From Klebsormidium nitens (taxonomy: Eukaryota; Plantae; Klebsormidiophyceae), in contig DF237253.1 in NCBI GenBank assembly GCA_000708835.1, positions 1 through 64,000 on the forward strand: a stretch of 64,000 nt of DNA, in the 5' to 3' direction. The first letter of the stretch is position 1. Every line of letters begins with the position of its first letter. Of the stretch, positions 1-9,392 are shown piece by piece. The notes beneath the pieces were generated by a model. It was not told the DNA's origin. It made no database searches and saw only the letters and a list, made by a program, of their open reading frames with translations. The translations under genes were made by a program, and so were the position numbers.

Positions 1-2
1 GT

Positions 3-1696
3 AGGATCTGTCCTTACGGAGAGGAACATACGAGCAACAGTTTCAGCATCATCTGCAACGGGATCTGCATGGAATACCGCTGCCTGTCAACAGGATGCAA
101 AGAGAGACCAAGAGTTCTTCTCGGGCTGCACCATTGGCCTTCGCTTTTGATTTCCAAAGCACGTTTTGATCTGCGCCCTATCGAGGAAGCGGAGAGAATC
201 ATATCAAGCAGCAAAAGCAATGTCGACAAAGTGCAATATCAAAGCATGTGCCAACAACTCACACAGACTGCTATCGACACGATGAACCACTACTTCTGCG
301 TTCTAGACGGCAGCTCAAAAGTGCTCTTTATCGAGACCCTTTTCGTTGAAAGAGGCACTGCATGGGTACCAAATGACAGCATCCTTCGAACAAGAGCTGA
401 GTTCCTCGAACGGTCCGAATCATTCAATCTGGACAGCCTGAAGATTGGCAATCTTGGAAATCTGTGGTGCAAGTCATCAGCGAGAAGGACGCTCAACAAG
501 GTAGTCTTCGAAGCAAACTCTCGTCTGGTTTCGCCTAACAATTACAATCTGTTCTACGGCTTTCCCTTCGCTTACGAAGCGGATCAGCCTGTTGACATGA
601 AACAAATCGATCTTCTCTTGAAGCATATCAACGAGGTATTGGCAGACAATGATCCTGCTGTAGCGGAAGTTACCTTCTAAACTGGTTAGCTCACCTTGTT
701 CAGAGACCGTATAAGAAAATTGGTACTGCACTTGTGTTCAGGTCTGACCAGGGCGCAGGCAAATCGATCGTGACAGATTTTGTGGGGAAATATGTCATCG
801 GATCTCGATACTATCTGTACTGTAACGATATGGAGAAGGTGATAGGCAAATTCAACGGAATAGCTGCAAATCTCCTTTTGGTTTGCTTCGATGAAGTAAG
901 CAGTTGGGGTGGGGCCTACAAAAGTAATAACAGGTTGAAAAGCCTCATCACTCAAGATACAACAATCCTAGAGAAGAAGGGGATCGATCCCCTTAAGGTA
1001 CCCGATCTTGCTACCTACTGGTTTAACACTAACGAAGACTGGCCGATCGAAAAAGAGGCAACCGACCGGCGCTACGCATGCTTTGAGGCCTCCGACTCTA
1101 GATTCGGAGATCAACCCTACTTTGATTGGCTTTGTGAAAGCCTCACTAGCACTACAGCTGAACACTTCTACCGGTACTTGATGTCAAGAGAAGGCATCGA
1201 CACTTGGAACCCCAAGCAGATCCCAAAAAGCAAGTGGAGCTCTGCTCTCAGGGAGCACTCGATTCCATTCTGGGCAAAGATGATATGCGGGTTGCTGGAC
1301 AACGGCAACTTTTCATCAGATTCGAAGACGAAGGTGCTAAGCGCCACCATCTTCCGAACTTATAGGTCCTTCGTAGACAATCAAGGTGCAAAAGAAGATC
1401 CGCCGCAACAGAAAGACGTTTTGATTGGTCGGATCAAACGAACACTTGGACTGGATGGTTACAAAGATGTCAGTGGTCGCGGCTTGATCTTTCCAACGAG
1501 AAGTGAGCTGGAGAAACGGCTGCAAGAAATTCGTTTGAGAGTCGACGAAGTGCATTGGGACGGATCATGGGCTACTGAGCCAACTTTACTAGTCTCATCG
1601 ACTCGATATCTGACAACTTCGACTCTGTACTTATCACTTTCGCTCGTAAGTAATCATCGCTGTCCCCCAGTCGTGCAACAGAGTCCTTTCAGCTAA
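3..1696 (+). CDS. Viral/MGE-type zinc-finger + SF3 (D5/DUF5906-like) helicase; 5'-truncated by the window; one frameshift near 670
   Basis: The frame of ORF 69-680 is open back to nt 3 and reads RICPYGEEHTSNSFSII...YRCLSTGC (C-H-C-C zinc finger). At ~671 the other frame gives YLLNWLAHLVQRPYKKIGTALVFRSDQGAGKS (Walker A), continuing into ORF 734-1696 with Walker B (VCFDEV) and motif C (FNTNE). No introns are needed. Confidence 0.85.
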
Positions 1697-2710
1697 CTGC
1701 TTCCTCTCAACAATCGAACGATCGTTTTTGAAGTGTTCGCTAATGTAAAGGTGCCTCAAATGATTTTGGTTCAATCGCTTTCCGTTTGGAAATGTAGTTG
1801 AGGAGATGAATTTGGTCAAGTGGTTGTCGGACATAGCTTGTTTCGTATCTCCAAGCCGCGATAACAAAGAACCCCTGGGAACCAACTCAATCGATCGTCT
1901 GATGTAGTTGTTGAGACGTTGTGAAAGCTCAAACTCTTTTTTACCGTGCTTTTTTGATGTCTTATAAGTTTTAAGCACAAGTGAAAAATCACCACTTGTG
2001 CTTTCTCGGAGACAATTGCCTGTGTCCTTGTACGTCTTTTCGGCTTCACCGCAGAAGAAGGTTCCGTCTGCTCTACGAAGAGGAAGTCCGCTGAGATCTC
2101 TTCGCTTTGGTGGTTCATGGATGTTCATCGCAAGCAACAAGTGCTGGAAGACGCACTTAACCTCGTCTCTGCTGAGACTTGGACCGTTGTCTTTCGAGTT
2201 TGGCATTATATGCCTCCGAATGTGTCTGTTCAGCTTTTCCGCTCTGCTTTTGAGCTCGGTCATGCTTATCCAGTTGGCAACCTCCTTCTCGGTAGCCTTT
2301 TGCTCATCGGCCTTCTTCATCTGGACCACTTTCTTGACGGAGAAGCTCTCGAAGTATTTCTCATAGGTGCCTTCCCATCCCTTTTTGTGAGCAATGACCA
2401 TTAACGGGGTTACCTTATTTTTGAAAGTTCCGGGGTTGGGGTATTTTTGGTCGAGCTTTTCGATGATAATAGATGCATCCTTCATCCAATCTAACGTGGA
2501 AGGCAAAACGTTTTCGCCTGTGACTAAATGATAAATCACTCGCACACTGTTTAGGTACTGCAAAATCGTGATTTCAGCCCTCTTTCCGTCTTGAAACAGG
2601 TTGCGCAAAGCAGCCTCACCTGATGCAATTGTCCGCAGACTTTCGTTAGCCCCTCCTTTGTCAGATGTGGATTCTGTACTCGATTGAACGGATGCTTCCA
2701 AATCCATCAA
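1634..2710 (-). CDS. Tyrosine recombinase/integrase, of the type seen in Polinton-like viruses, virophages and NCLDV
   Basis: 358-aa intronless ORF with ordered catalytic-like motifs: PPKRRD (Arg), TYKTSKKHG (Lys), NHLRHLYIS (H/N-x-x-R) and LLHDWGTAMITY (His ... Tyr) at the C-terminus. Confidence 0.8.
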   Translation of the reverse strand: MMDLEASVQSSTESTSDKGGANESLRTIASGEAALRNLFQDGKRAEITILQYLNSVRVIYHLVTGENVLPSTLDWMKDASIIIEKLDQKYPNPGTFKNKVTPLMVIAHKKGWEGTYEKYFESFSVKKVVQMKKADEQKATEKEVANWISMTELKSRAEKLNRHIRRHIMPNSKDNGPSLSRDEVKCVFQHLLLAMNIHEPPKRRDLSGLPLRRADGTFFCGEAEKTYKDTGNCLRESTSGDFSLVLKTYKTSKKHGKKEFELSQRLNNYIRRSIELVPRGSLLSRLGDTKQAMSDNHLTKFISSTTFPNGKRLNQNHLRHLYISEHFKNDRSIVERKQLAERTLLHDWGTAMITYERK

Positions 2711-2744
2711 TTGGCAACCCTATATCATACATCATCTATAATAA

Positions 2745-3143
2745 TTCTGGAATCGAAACGGGCACCTCTTTAAGATGCGTCCCCTAGGAAATTCTGCTTC
2801 AGAACCCTCGGCTGGCCGGGATCAATGGCCCAGAATTCCAACCTTGGCTGCTGAAGTTTGGGCAGGACGATGGCTGCTTGGTCAACAAAGTTACCACTTT
2901 GTTTGGATTCTAGAATCCAAAAGCCTCAGGTAGGAACGCAGTTTGCTAAGATGCACCACCGTTTCAATTCTAGAATCAGATACGTGATATTTGATCTTCA
3001 GCTGTAATCCCAGAATTGAGAATATGAAGTGACAAAATATTTCAACACGCGGTCAATTCTAGCAAAAGCTCCCAACTTTTTGTGCATTTGGGGTCCCACA
3101 ATTGACTGTTAATTTCGCGAAATCGGGACTCCCCCTTCTAGAA
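2745..3143. promoter_or_regulatory. Cluster of TTCnnGAA dyads (heat-shock-element-like or protein-binding palindromes) in the divergent intergenic region
   Basis: TTCTGGAA at 2745-2752; TTCTAGAA at 2908-2915 (inside the perfect 20-bp palindrome TTTGGATTCTAGAATCCAAA, 2902-2921), 2968-2975 and 3136-3143. Confidence 0.4.
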
Positions 3144-3307
3144 TAGTGACTGGGATCGTTCATCTTTTCAGAGTGCTTCATGCAGCGGACACTTCGATGA
3201 GAGAGGGGCGATCTCTTATAATCGGCTGTCAACAATTTTGCCAGGTCCACGAGACGACCAAAATGCTTCAGGGGGGCAACCTCGGAGGTTGGGCAGCATG
3301 ATGCACT

Positions 3308-3931
3308 TTGCAGGGTTTTTATCTGATCTTACTTTCATACAGCTGGTCCATGGATATTGCATGCTTGAAACGAAGCTTTAAGGTGCTGCTTGCACTCGAC
3401 CATAATCAATCAGATGCTTCGAGCCTCCTTGAAGACACTCGTCTAGAAATTGACGCTGAACGAGGACGCGTTTCGCAAGCAGGCACACGCGCTGGCAGCC
3501 ACCTTTTCAGAGCACTCAAATGTAACGGTGCAGCTAAAGCACCATGCACTGTCTATGTACTGCTGAGGGAAACGACTAGAGGTTCAGCGAACAAGGAATT
3601 CGGATATCAAGTGAAGATCTCCCCGGTGAAGGAGTCCGACAGACCGCTCGGGCTTCCTTTCCAAGGTACTTTCTCATCCTCAGCAACCAAGATACCGGTC
3701 GAAGAGCTTGTTGAGATGCATGCGGAAGCATCGAAGGCGAAAAAGAAGCAAGAGAACACCAAGAAAAGCAAAGCCTCGACTCTGAGTAAGGTTGCAAAGA
3801 AGAATCCCAAGCAGAAGTCAAAGGCAAAACAATCAACCTCTACAGGCACTTCAAAGGCCACTAGAAAGGCTCGGGGAAGCAAGGCAATAACGTTCAAATG
3901 CGTTGCGGTCGACAGCGACTCTGAAGATTGA
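3308..3931 (+). CDS. Orphan protein with Lys/Ser-rich basic C-terminus (true start possibly the internal ATG of MDIACL)
   Basis: 207-aa intronless ORF, packed 15 nt from the next ORF. No recognisable family. Confidence 0.5.
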   Translation: MQGFYLILLSYSWSMDIACLKRSFKVLLALDHNQSDASSLLEDTRLEIDAERGRVSQAGTRAGSHLFRALKCNGAAKAPCTVYVLLRETTRGSANKEFGYQVKISPVKESDRPLGLPFQGTFSSSATKIPVEELVEMHAEASKAKKKQENTKKSKASTLSKVAKKNPKQKSKAKQSTSTGTSKATRKARGSKAITFKCVAVDSDSED

Positions 3932-3946
3932 GAGACGAGGCCTAAC

Positions 3947-4330
3947 ATGCTAGATTTTCTTTCCTCTCTGATACAAAAAAGAATGGAGAGAGGTTATACG
4001 TACTACGTGCCAAAGCAGCCACGAGGGTTATATAGCTTGCTTCCGTTCATTGACGAGATCGAAGCTCTCGGACCCTTCCGCTACGAAGGCAAAGTAGATA
4101 AAGGCCTCAGAAGTCCACTGGACATGGGTTTACTACGGCAAGGCGTTCTGCTTTTGCTTCACCAACTTTGTAACGAAGACCTCGTCGTGTCAGAGGATGA
4201 CGTCAAGGCCATAATCGAAGCGGGTGTTACGTACGGGGAATGTGCAGGGTATTCCGAGAAGGAGGGAGAGCTTCTATTGTCAATCGCAAAGGGGATACTC
4301 AAGGCCTGCAAGGCTGCCGAAGACAGCTAG
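3947..4330 (+). CDS. Orphan small protein (127 aa)
   Basis: ATG-initiated intronless ORF with globular-looking composition, followed by an A-run at ~4349-4361. Confidence 0.5.
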   Translation: MLDFLSSLIQKRMERGYTYYVPKQPRGLYSLLPFIDEIEALGPFRYEGKVDKGLRSPLDMGLLRQGVLLLLHQLCNEDLVVSEDDVKAIIEAGVTYGECAGYSEKEGELLLSIAKGILKACKAAEDS

Positions 4331-4431
4331 CTTTGCGTTGGTTTGTTGGAAAAAAAAAAAACAATGAACAATATTACAGAACTTTAACGAGATGGAGACC
4401 GGCGGCATAGAGTCTAACCATCACGCGTCTT

Positions 4432-4848
4432 GTGCCTTGTACTCTTTGCGGAAAGAAGCACCGTATCATTCAAAACGCGCTCTTTCCAAACGACTCGGAA
4501 ATTACTCTATCGTCAGAGGGCGTGCCTTGGTGCAAATTGCTCCAATTGAAGAGGCAAAATCGCTATAGACGTGACAAACAGTGTGTGCTCAAGAACAAGA
4601 AGGTCTGGTATCAGAAACATAAGCAAGCTATCTTGCTACAATCGGCTGCCGAGCGTCTAAGAAATGGAAGGACTCGGAGACCTCATCCAAAGACCATCTC
4701 GAAGTTAAAGGAAGCAGGCGTCGAGTTTGATTCTAACAATAGGATTCTTTGCGTAAAGACCGCCACCTCAAATCCAACGGCAGCCATTGACAAGTTCAAA
4801 GCTTCGAACCTCAGCGAAGCTCAAGCTTCTACAACTGAAATGGAATAA
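4432..4848 (+). CDS. Orphan basic protein with CxxC (CTLCGKKH) and KKVWYQKHKQ segment
   Basis: 138-aa ORF whose start codon is non-ATG in the ORF track. Basic, possibly nucleic-acid binding; family not identified. Confidence 0.4.
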   Translation: MPCTLCGKKHRIIQNALFPNDSEITLSSEGVPWCKLLQLKRQNRYRRDKQCVLKNKKVWYQKHKQAILLQSAAERLRNGRTRRPHPKTISKLKEAGVEFDSNNRILCVKTATSNPTAAIDKFKASNLSEAQASTTEME

Positions 4849-5084
4849 GCTCGTTAATGATCATTTTGCCGGAAGAAGTTGCCAAGAGCTCGGACAGTAA
4901 GGACACTGCCATCTCGGTTGTCTATCAATGCAAACCTTTGCATAGGATTTGAGCTCATAGACAGTATGGACAGCAAGGACATATCGTTTCAGACCGTGGG
5001 ACACATAATTCTTATTGTCGGCATGCACGTTTGCTTATTCATAACAAAGTCAAGCGTAGAGGACTCTTGTCCATCAATGCACAC

Positions 5085-8000
5085 CTAACTTGGTTCGTAA
5101 CTGCTTTCAATGCCTACAAACACTTGTGGCCTTTTATCTAAGTGGTCATGGGATTCGAGTTTTTTCTTTGCAAAGCCCTTCTTGTTCATCCTAGCAGCCA
5201 AGCTTTCGACGCTGATTGTAAGCTCTCCTGACGCTGCTCTATAATCTTTGAGAAACGCCGCTGCGTTCCCCCGAAGCTGTGGATTGATTCTACACTGCTC
5301 GTCGATGAACTGCTGCAGCTTGTCGTTCTGTGCAAGATACGTATCCAAGTTTGCCTGGACAGAGGGCGGGACAGCTCCGATCGACTCCCCTTGCGCATAG
5401 AACTTCACCGCCCCTCTCACCAACCACGAGAGAAACTGCTCGAGCGTCTCGTTTTCCTGCATTCTCGCCTTCAAGCCTTCGTCCACAGGCCGGTGCCGAG
5501 GGTTGGTCGGCTCAAATCTGGTCCGGCTCACGTAGAGGTTGAGGAAGTCGAAGATAAGCAACCGACGGAGCATAGCCGGTTCGGTGACGTCCCGGAGTTT
5601 CGGGGGGTGGTTGGTCAGCAAGATTGGGAGGTTCATGAGCGGAAAAGTCTCCGTCTGGCCGTATGGTGCGCGCGCAGAGACATTCCCTCCCCCCGTGGTT
5701 CCTTTAACCGAGCCCGTATCGACCTCTGCCTCCTCATTGTTCTCATCAAGGATGCTGAAGCGAAGCCCTTTCAAGGCATGCATGTGGGGAGTGGGAGCGC
5801 CTTTGGACGCCGGTCTCTGCCCCGCCGTTCTCACCACCACGTCCGTGGACATGACCCCGCAGTAGGGTCCTAAAGCTTTCTCCAACATCTCCTTGGTCAC
5901 GCCCTTCCCATTCCCTGCACAAAAAGCAAAAAAGATCAAGGTATCAGATTCCGATTCAAAAGCAACCAAACTAGAAATTAGAACCAATCGGTGTTCTTGT
6001 ACCGGGGCCCAGGCTCATGATTTTCTAAGAGATTAGGGCCGTGTTCAAGTTGTCCGACTGACTAGAATTGTGACCTTGAAAGCTCTCAAAAAGTTCTTCT
6101 TGTCCTTTACCAGATGCGGACTTACCGCCCAATCCGATCCAGAAGACCATGATCTCGCAAGCCTTAGACCCCGTCATGCCGTAGCCGAGCACAATCTGGA
6201 GGGTCCGGATGACCTCCTCCTCTCCGTTGAACACATCGTTGAAAAAGTCTTCGATCCGAGGGGAGGGAAGCTCGAGCCCCTGCACCAGAATTACAAGCGT
6301 AGCATCATGAGCTCGACGATGTGATGAAAGCTACACCGCAACTTAAAAGCGAACAATGAACAGCCCAATACTTTAGATTCAGAGTTGCGAGCAAATCTCA
6401 CTGTGTTCAATGGAAGGCTGCCTAAGAAACAACCTTTGACACGGAAAGCAACAAAGTGAGCAGTGAAAACTTACGCTATAAATCGTCTCTGCAAGCTTCG
6501 TGCACATGTATTGTGGGCGGTGGATGTCGAGCTGGCCAGTGCGCAAGTCGATCACTCCGTTGCTCACGTTGAGGATGTCAGGATTGCGGTCGAGCTCGTT
6601 AAGAAACGTGCTCGAGAACAACTCTCCCTTCACAACCTTCAACGTGTCCTCCGCGGTACGCCTGTTATTGTAGTCACGAAGCAGCTTGAGCTTCGCCTCG
6701 ACTATTTCTAGCTTGGCCTTGTCATCTTTGGGGATTTTCCTCTCTTCCTCTCGCAGCTCGCGCCTGACACGGTCGATGATCGTGCTCAGCTGGTGCATGA
6801 GGATGTACAGCACTTGAACGTCATGAGCCCGCTCGTACACCTTCCCGGTCCACATGTAGAAGCCCGCCGGAGTGTACACAGTCCTGAAAAAGAGGGCGTG
6901 AACGATAGCTTCAATTCAGTGGTGTTTTTACAGATTTTGAACGGTCATGTCCGAGATGTCCGACCTGAATCACGACTTTCTCAAAAGCTCCGGCCAACCA
7001 GCCCATGTCCGACATGTCCGACCTGAATCAGGACTTTCTCAAAAGCTTCCAAACGGTCGTGTCCGAGATGTCCGGCCCAAATCAAGACTTTTTCGAAAGC
7101 TCCCAAACGGCTGTGTCCAATCCAGACTATGCCGTGAATCTGTGCTTACCTCTTGCAGGCCGAATACATTTGCGAAAAGATCCGGCTCCCACCCCTGTCC
7201 CCCTGCAGCGCCCAATAGTCCACGAACTCCTTCGTGACACACCCGAGCACGGCTTCATCTCCATCAGCATCCACTGGTCGCACAGAGCCACGTGCTTCTT
7301 CCCCGACACCGTTCAAGTCGCCGATCTGCCTCCGTGGCATGATGGACTGGCACTCGGACGAATTGCAGTGGTAATAGAGACTGCTGCCCTTCACCAGGAT
7401 TGAAAAGTTGTTGGAACCCAGGTGGTGATGACCGTAGGGGCATGTCCGCTCTCCTTGAACCCGGAAGACGTACAGGTTGCCCTTTCGCTTGTCGAAGCGC
7501 GAAACACTGTCGCCGCATTCTGAAAGACAGCTTTTGATGCGCTGCAGCACGGCGATGTCGGGCTCTTCGCCAAAAACCCCCACGACGGGGGCAGGCAGAT
7601 CGAGGGAGGCCCGCCTTTGGCTTGTTGCTGCGGCGGTCCTGCACGAGTACCGATGTATCGATGGTCAAACAAGCACGTAATCAAGTACGGCAAAAGCACT
7701 TGGCCATCCAGGACCCTGAAAAAAGTCTCAGTTTCGATCGGACATCTTGAACATGACTAGAAAGCCTCGATCTTGGGACATAACTGCTTCTAGTGCGGTC
7801 GAAGCTATCAAAAATGCGATCTCAAATTTTCATGGCACAGCTTCAGTTGCGCTTCATCCCCTGCAAAAAGACGCGAACGTTGCGTCCTGACTGCAAGCAT
7901 GGATCAACCGGCCTGATCTGAAGTTGGACCAGACAGAGCACTTAATCACACCGGTGCTGCTCGAACTTCGGGCTGTGGATGATCAGGATCAGCCTAGGCT

Positions 8001-9166
8001 GCTTGGCATCAAATGCCCCAGACGTACCCGGTTCTTGAACGGCCCCCATTGGCGGTGCCCCCCGCGCCCGGTTGGTCCTCATTCAGGATGGCAATCAGCC
8101 AATCCGGACTTGCCATGAGATTAGAGCGGTCGGGGAGGATCTCGTGATCCCACTCGTAGCGCCGGAGCTCGCCGTCAAGGCCCCGGTAGCTGCTGGGTGC
8201 CGTGTACAGCATCCCCCCTCTGCCGCGAATGTCGATGCCCACCTTTTCTCCTTTGTACCGAATCCGGGTCCGGTTGCTGCCGTTCCGCAGACGGGCCTCC
8301 TCGGACTTGGACAGGGAGAAGAGGACGTGCATGCCCTTGTTCCCCGTCGTCAGGCGGGGCGTGTCCTCCGGGAAGTTGTCGTGCTCCTCGAGCATCTGCT
8401 GTAGCGCCTCAAAGCCCCCATCTTTCACGTCGACGTCTACTGCGAATAGGTCGGATTCCTCCGTGATGATGGCGATGGAGTTCCGCCCGGGCATCGCAAA
8501 CTCCTCGCTCAGGCAATTGTCGTGGTTGGCCTGGCTCCAGAACCCCAAACCCTTTGCGAACCTCCTGACTTCGCCAGTTTTATTGCGCCCCTCCTCAAGG
8601 TCGAAGGTGATGGTCACGACTCCCAACGAGTGAAATTGATGTGCGGCGGCGAGGATGGGGTCCAACCAGGGCGCGGTATCCTGCGAGGGAAAAAAGGCCC
8701 ACGAGACGATATCAGCATGTTGCAGAAGGAGAATGTTAGGACACTTGCTGATCTTGTGGAAAGCTTGCGGCTGACAGCGCCCGTTTAAGTGGGGCCCTTT
8801 CGTTAGACCATCCCGAGTAGCATCATAAAACTCTCTTGTCCAAGCTGTCCAACCTTTTTTGATATTTTCTTGGGACACGGATTGGCTGCGGTGCTGACGT
8901 CATCAGATTGGCTCTCAAAAGCCCGCGCAAAAGCTTGGACATCTCGGACATGATGGCCGTTCAGGACCTTTGAAAAGGTCTGGATTCGGGTCGGACATCT
9001 CGGACATGGCCTGGTTCTGAGTTTGAAACGATCTGCTCAATCTACCCACTAGCAGTCAAAGAGTGCAAGTCTGCTTACAAAGGTTTCTTCCACTTACGGA
9101 AGGGTTTGAAGTTGAAGGAGGAGAATCCGTCTGAGCTCCATCATTCGATTGCGCGTGCGGGGCCAT
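5085..9166 (-). CDS. Spliced bifunctional primase-polymerase (Prim-Pol) + zinc finger + D5_N + SF3 helicase, ~867 aa, 6 exons
   Basis: Exons 9166-9098, 8680-8028, 7638-7150, 6883-6475, 6279-6126 and 5914-5085 total 2604 nt. All introns are GT..AG and all phases are compatible. Motifs: AVDVDVK, TTGNKGMH and GIDIRG (AEP); CPYGHHHLGSNNF..YHCNSSEC; NGVIDLRTG (D5_N); Walker A WIGLG|GNGKG restored across intron 5; ILDE (Walker B); LLTNHPP. Exon 1 is the least certain. Confidence 0.88.
6947..7112. repeat. ~53-58-bp tandem repeat (three copies) in intron 3 of the primase-helicase gene
   Basis: TGTCCGAGATGTCCGACC-GAATCA-GACTTTCTCAAAAGCT repeated three times; reverse complement of the unit at 9301-9390. 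Confidence 0.85.
8935..9012. repeat. Same 53-bp repeat family (~1.5 copies) in intron 1; one more copy at ~7710-7760 in intron 2
   Basis: GGACATCTCGGACATG occurs twice, flanked by TTGAAAAGGTCTGGATTCGGGTC. Confidence 0.8.
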
Positions 9167-9300
9167 GTGAGGCTGCATACAAGAAGGAATCGGCCTTCAA
9201 TTACAGGCTCGCATAAAGCGCCCCTCTAAAACTTGTGTTCATTCCAACTGAGACTCAGAGCATCAAGAGGTGAACCTTCTGTTCTGCTGTCGTTGGGAGC

Positions 9301-9392
9301 CTTTGAGAAAATCTTGATTTTGGTCGGACATCTCGGACATGGCCGTTTGGAGCCTTTGAGAAAGTCTTGATTTTGGTCGGACATCTCGGATA
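9301..9392. repeat. 53-bp tandem repeat (~1.7 copies) upstream of the primase-helicase start
   Basis: CTTTGAGAAA at 9301 and 9354 (period 53), with core GGTCGGACATCTCGGA. Confidence 0.85.

Noticed and set aside
8881-8915. ATTGG / TGACGTCA / ATTGG as the promoter of the primase gene (ORF-track start 8878)
   Set aside because: That start is GTG. A better ATG exon at 9166-9098 splices in phase to 8680, placing these motifs in intron 1.
6947-9392. 53-bp repeats as a CRISPR array
   Set aside because: The units are directly tandem without unique spacers, lie in spliceosomal introns, and have no cas genes nearby.
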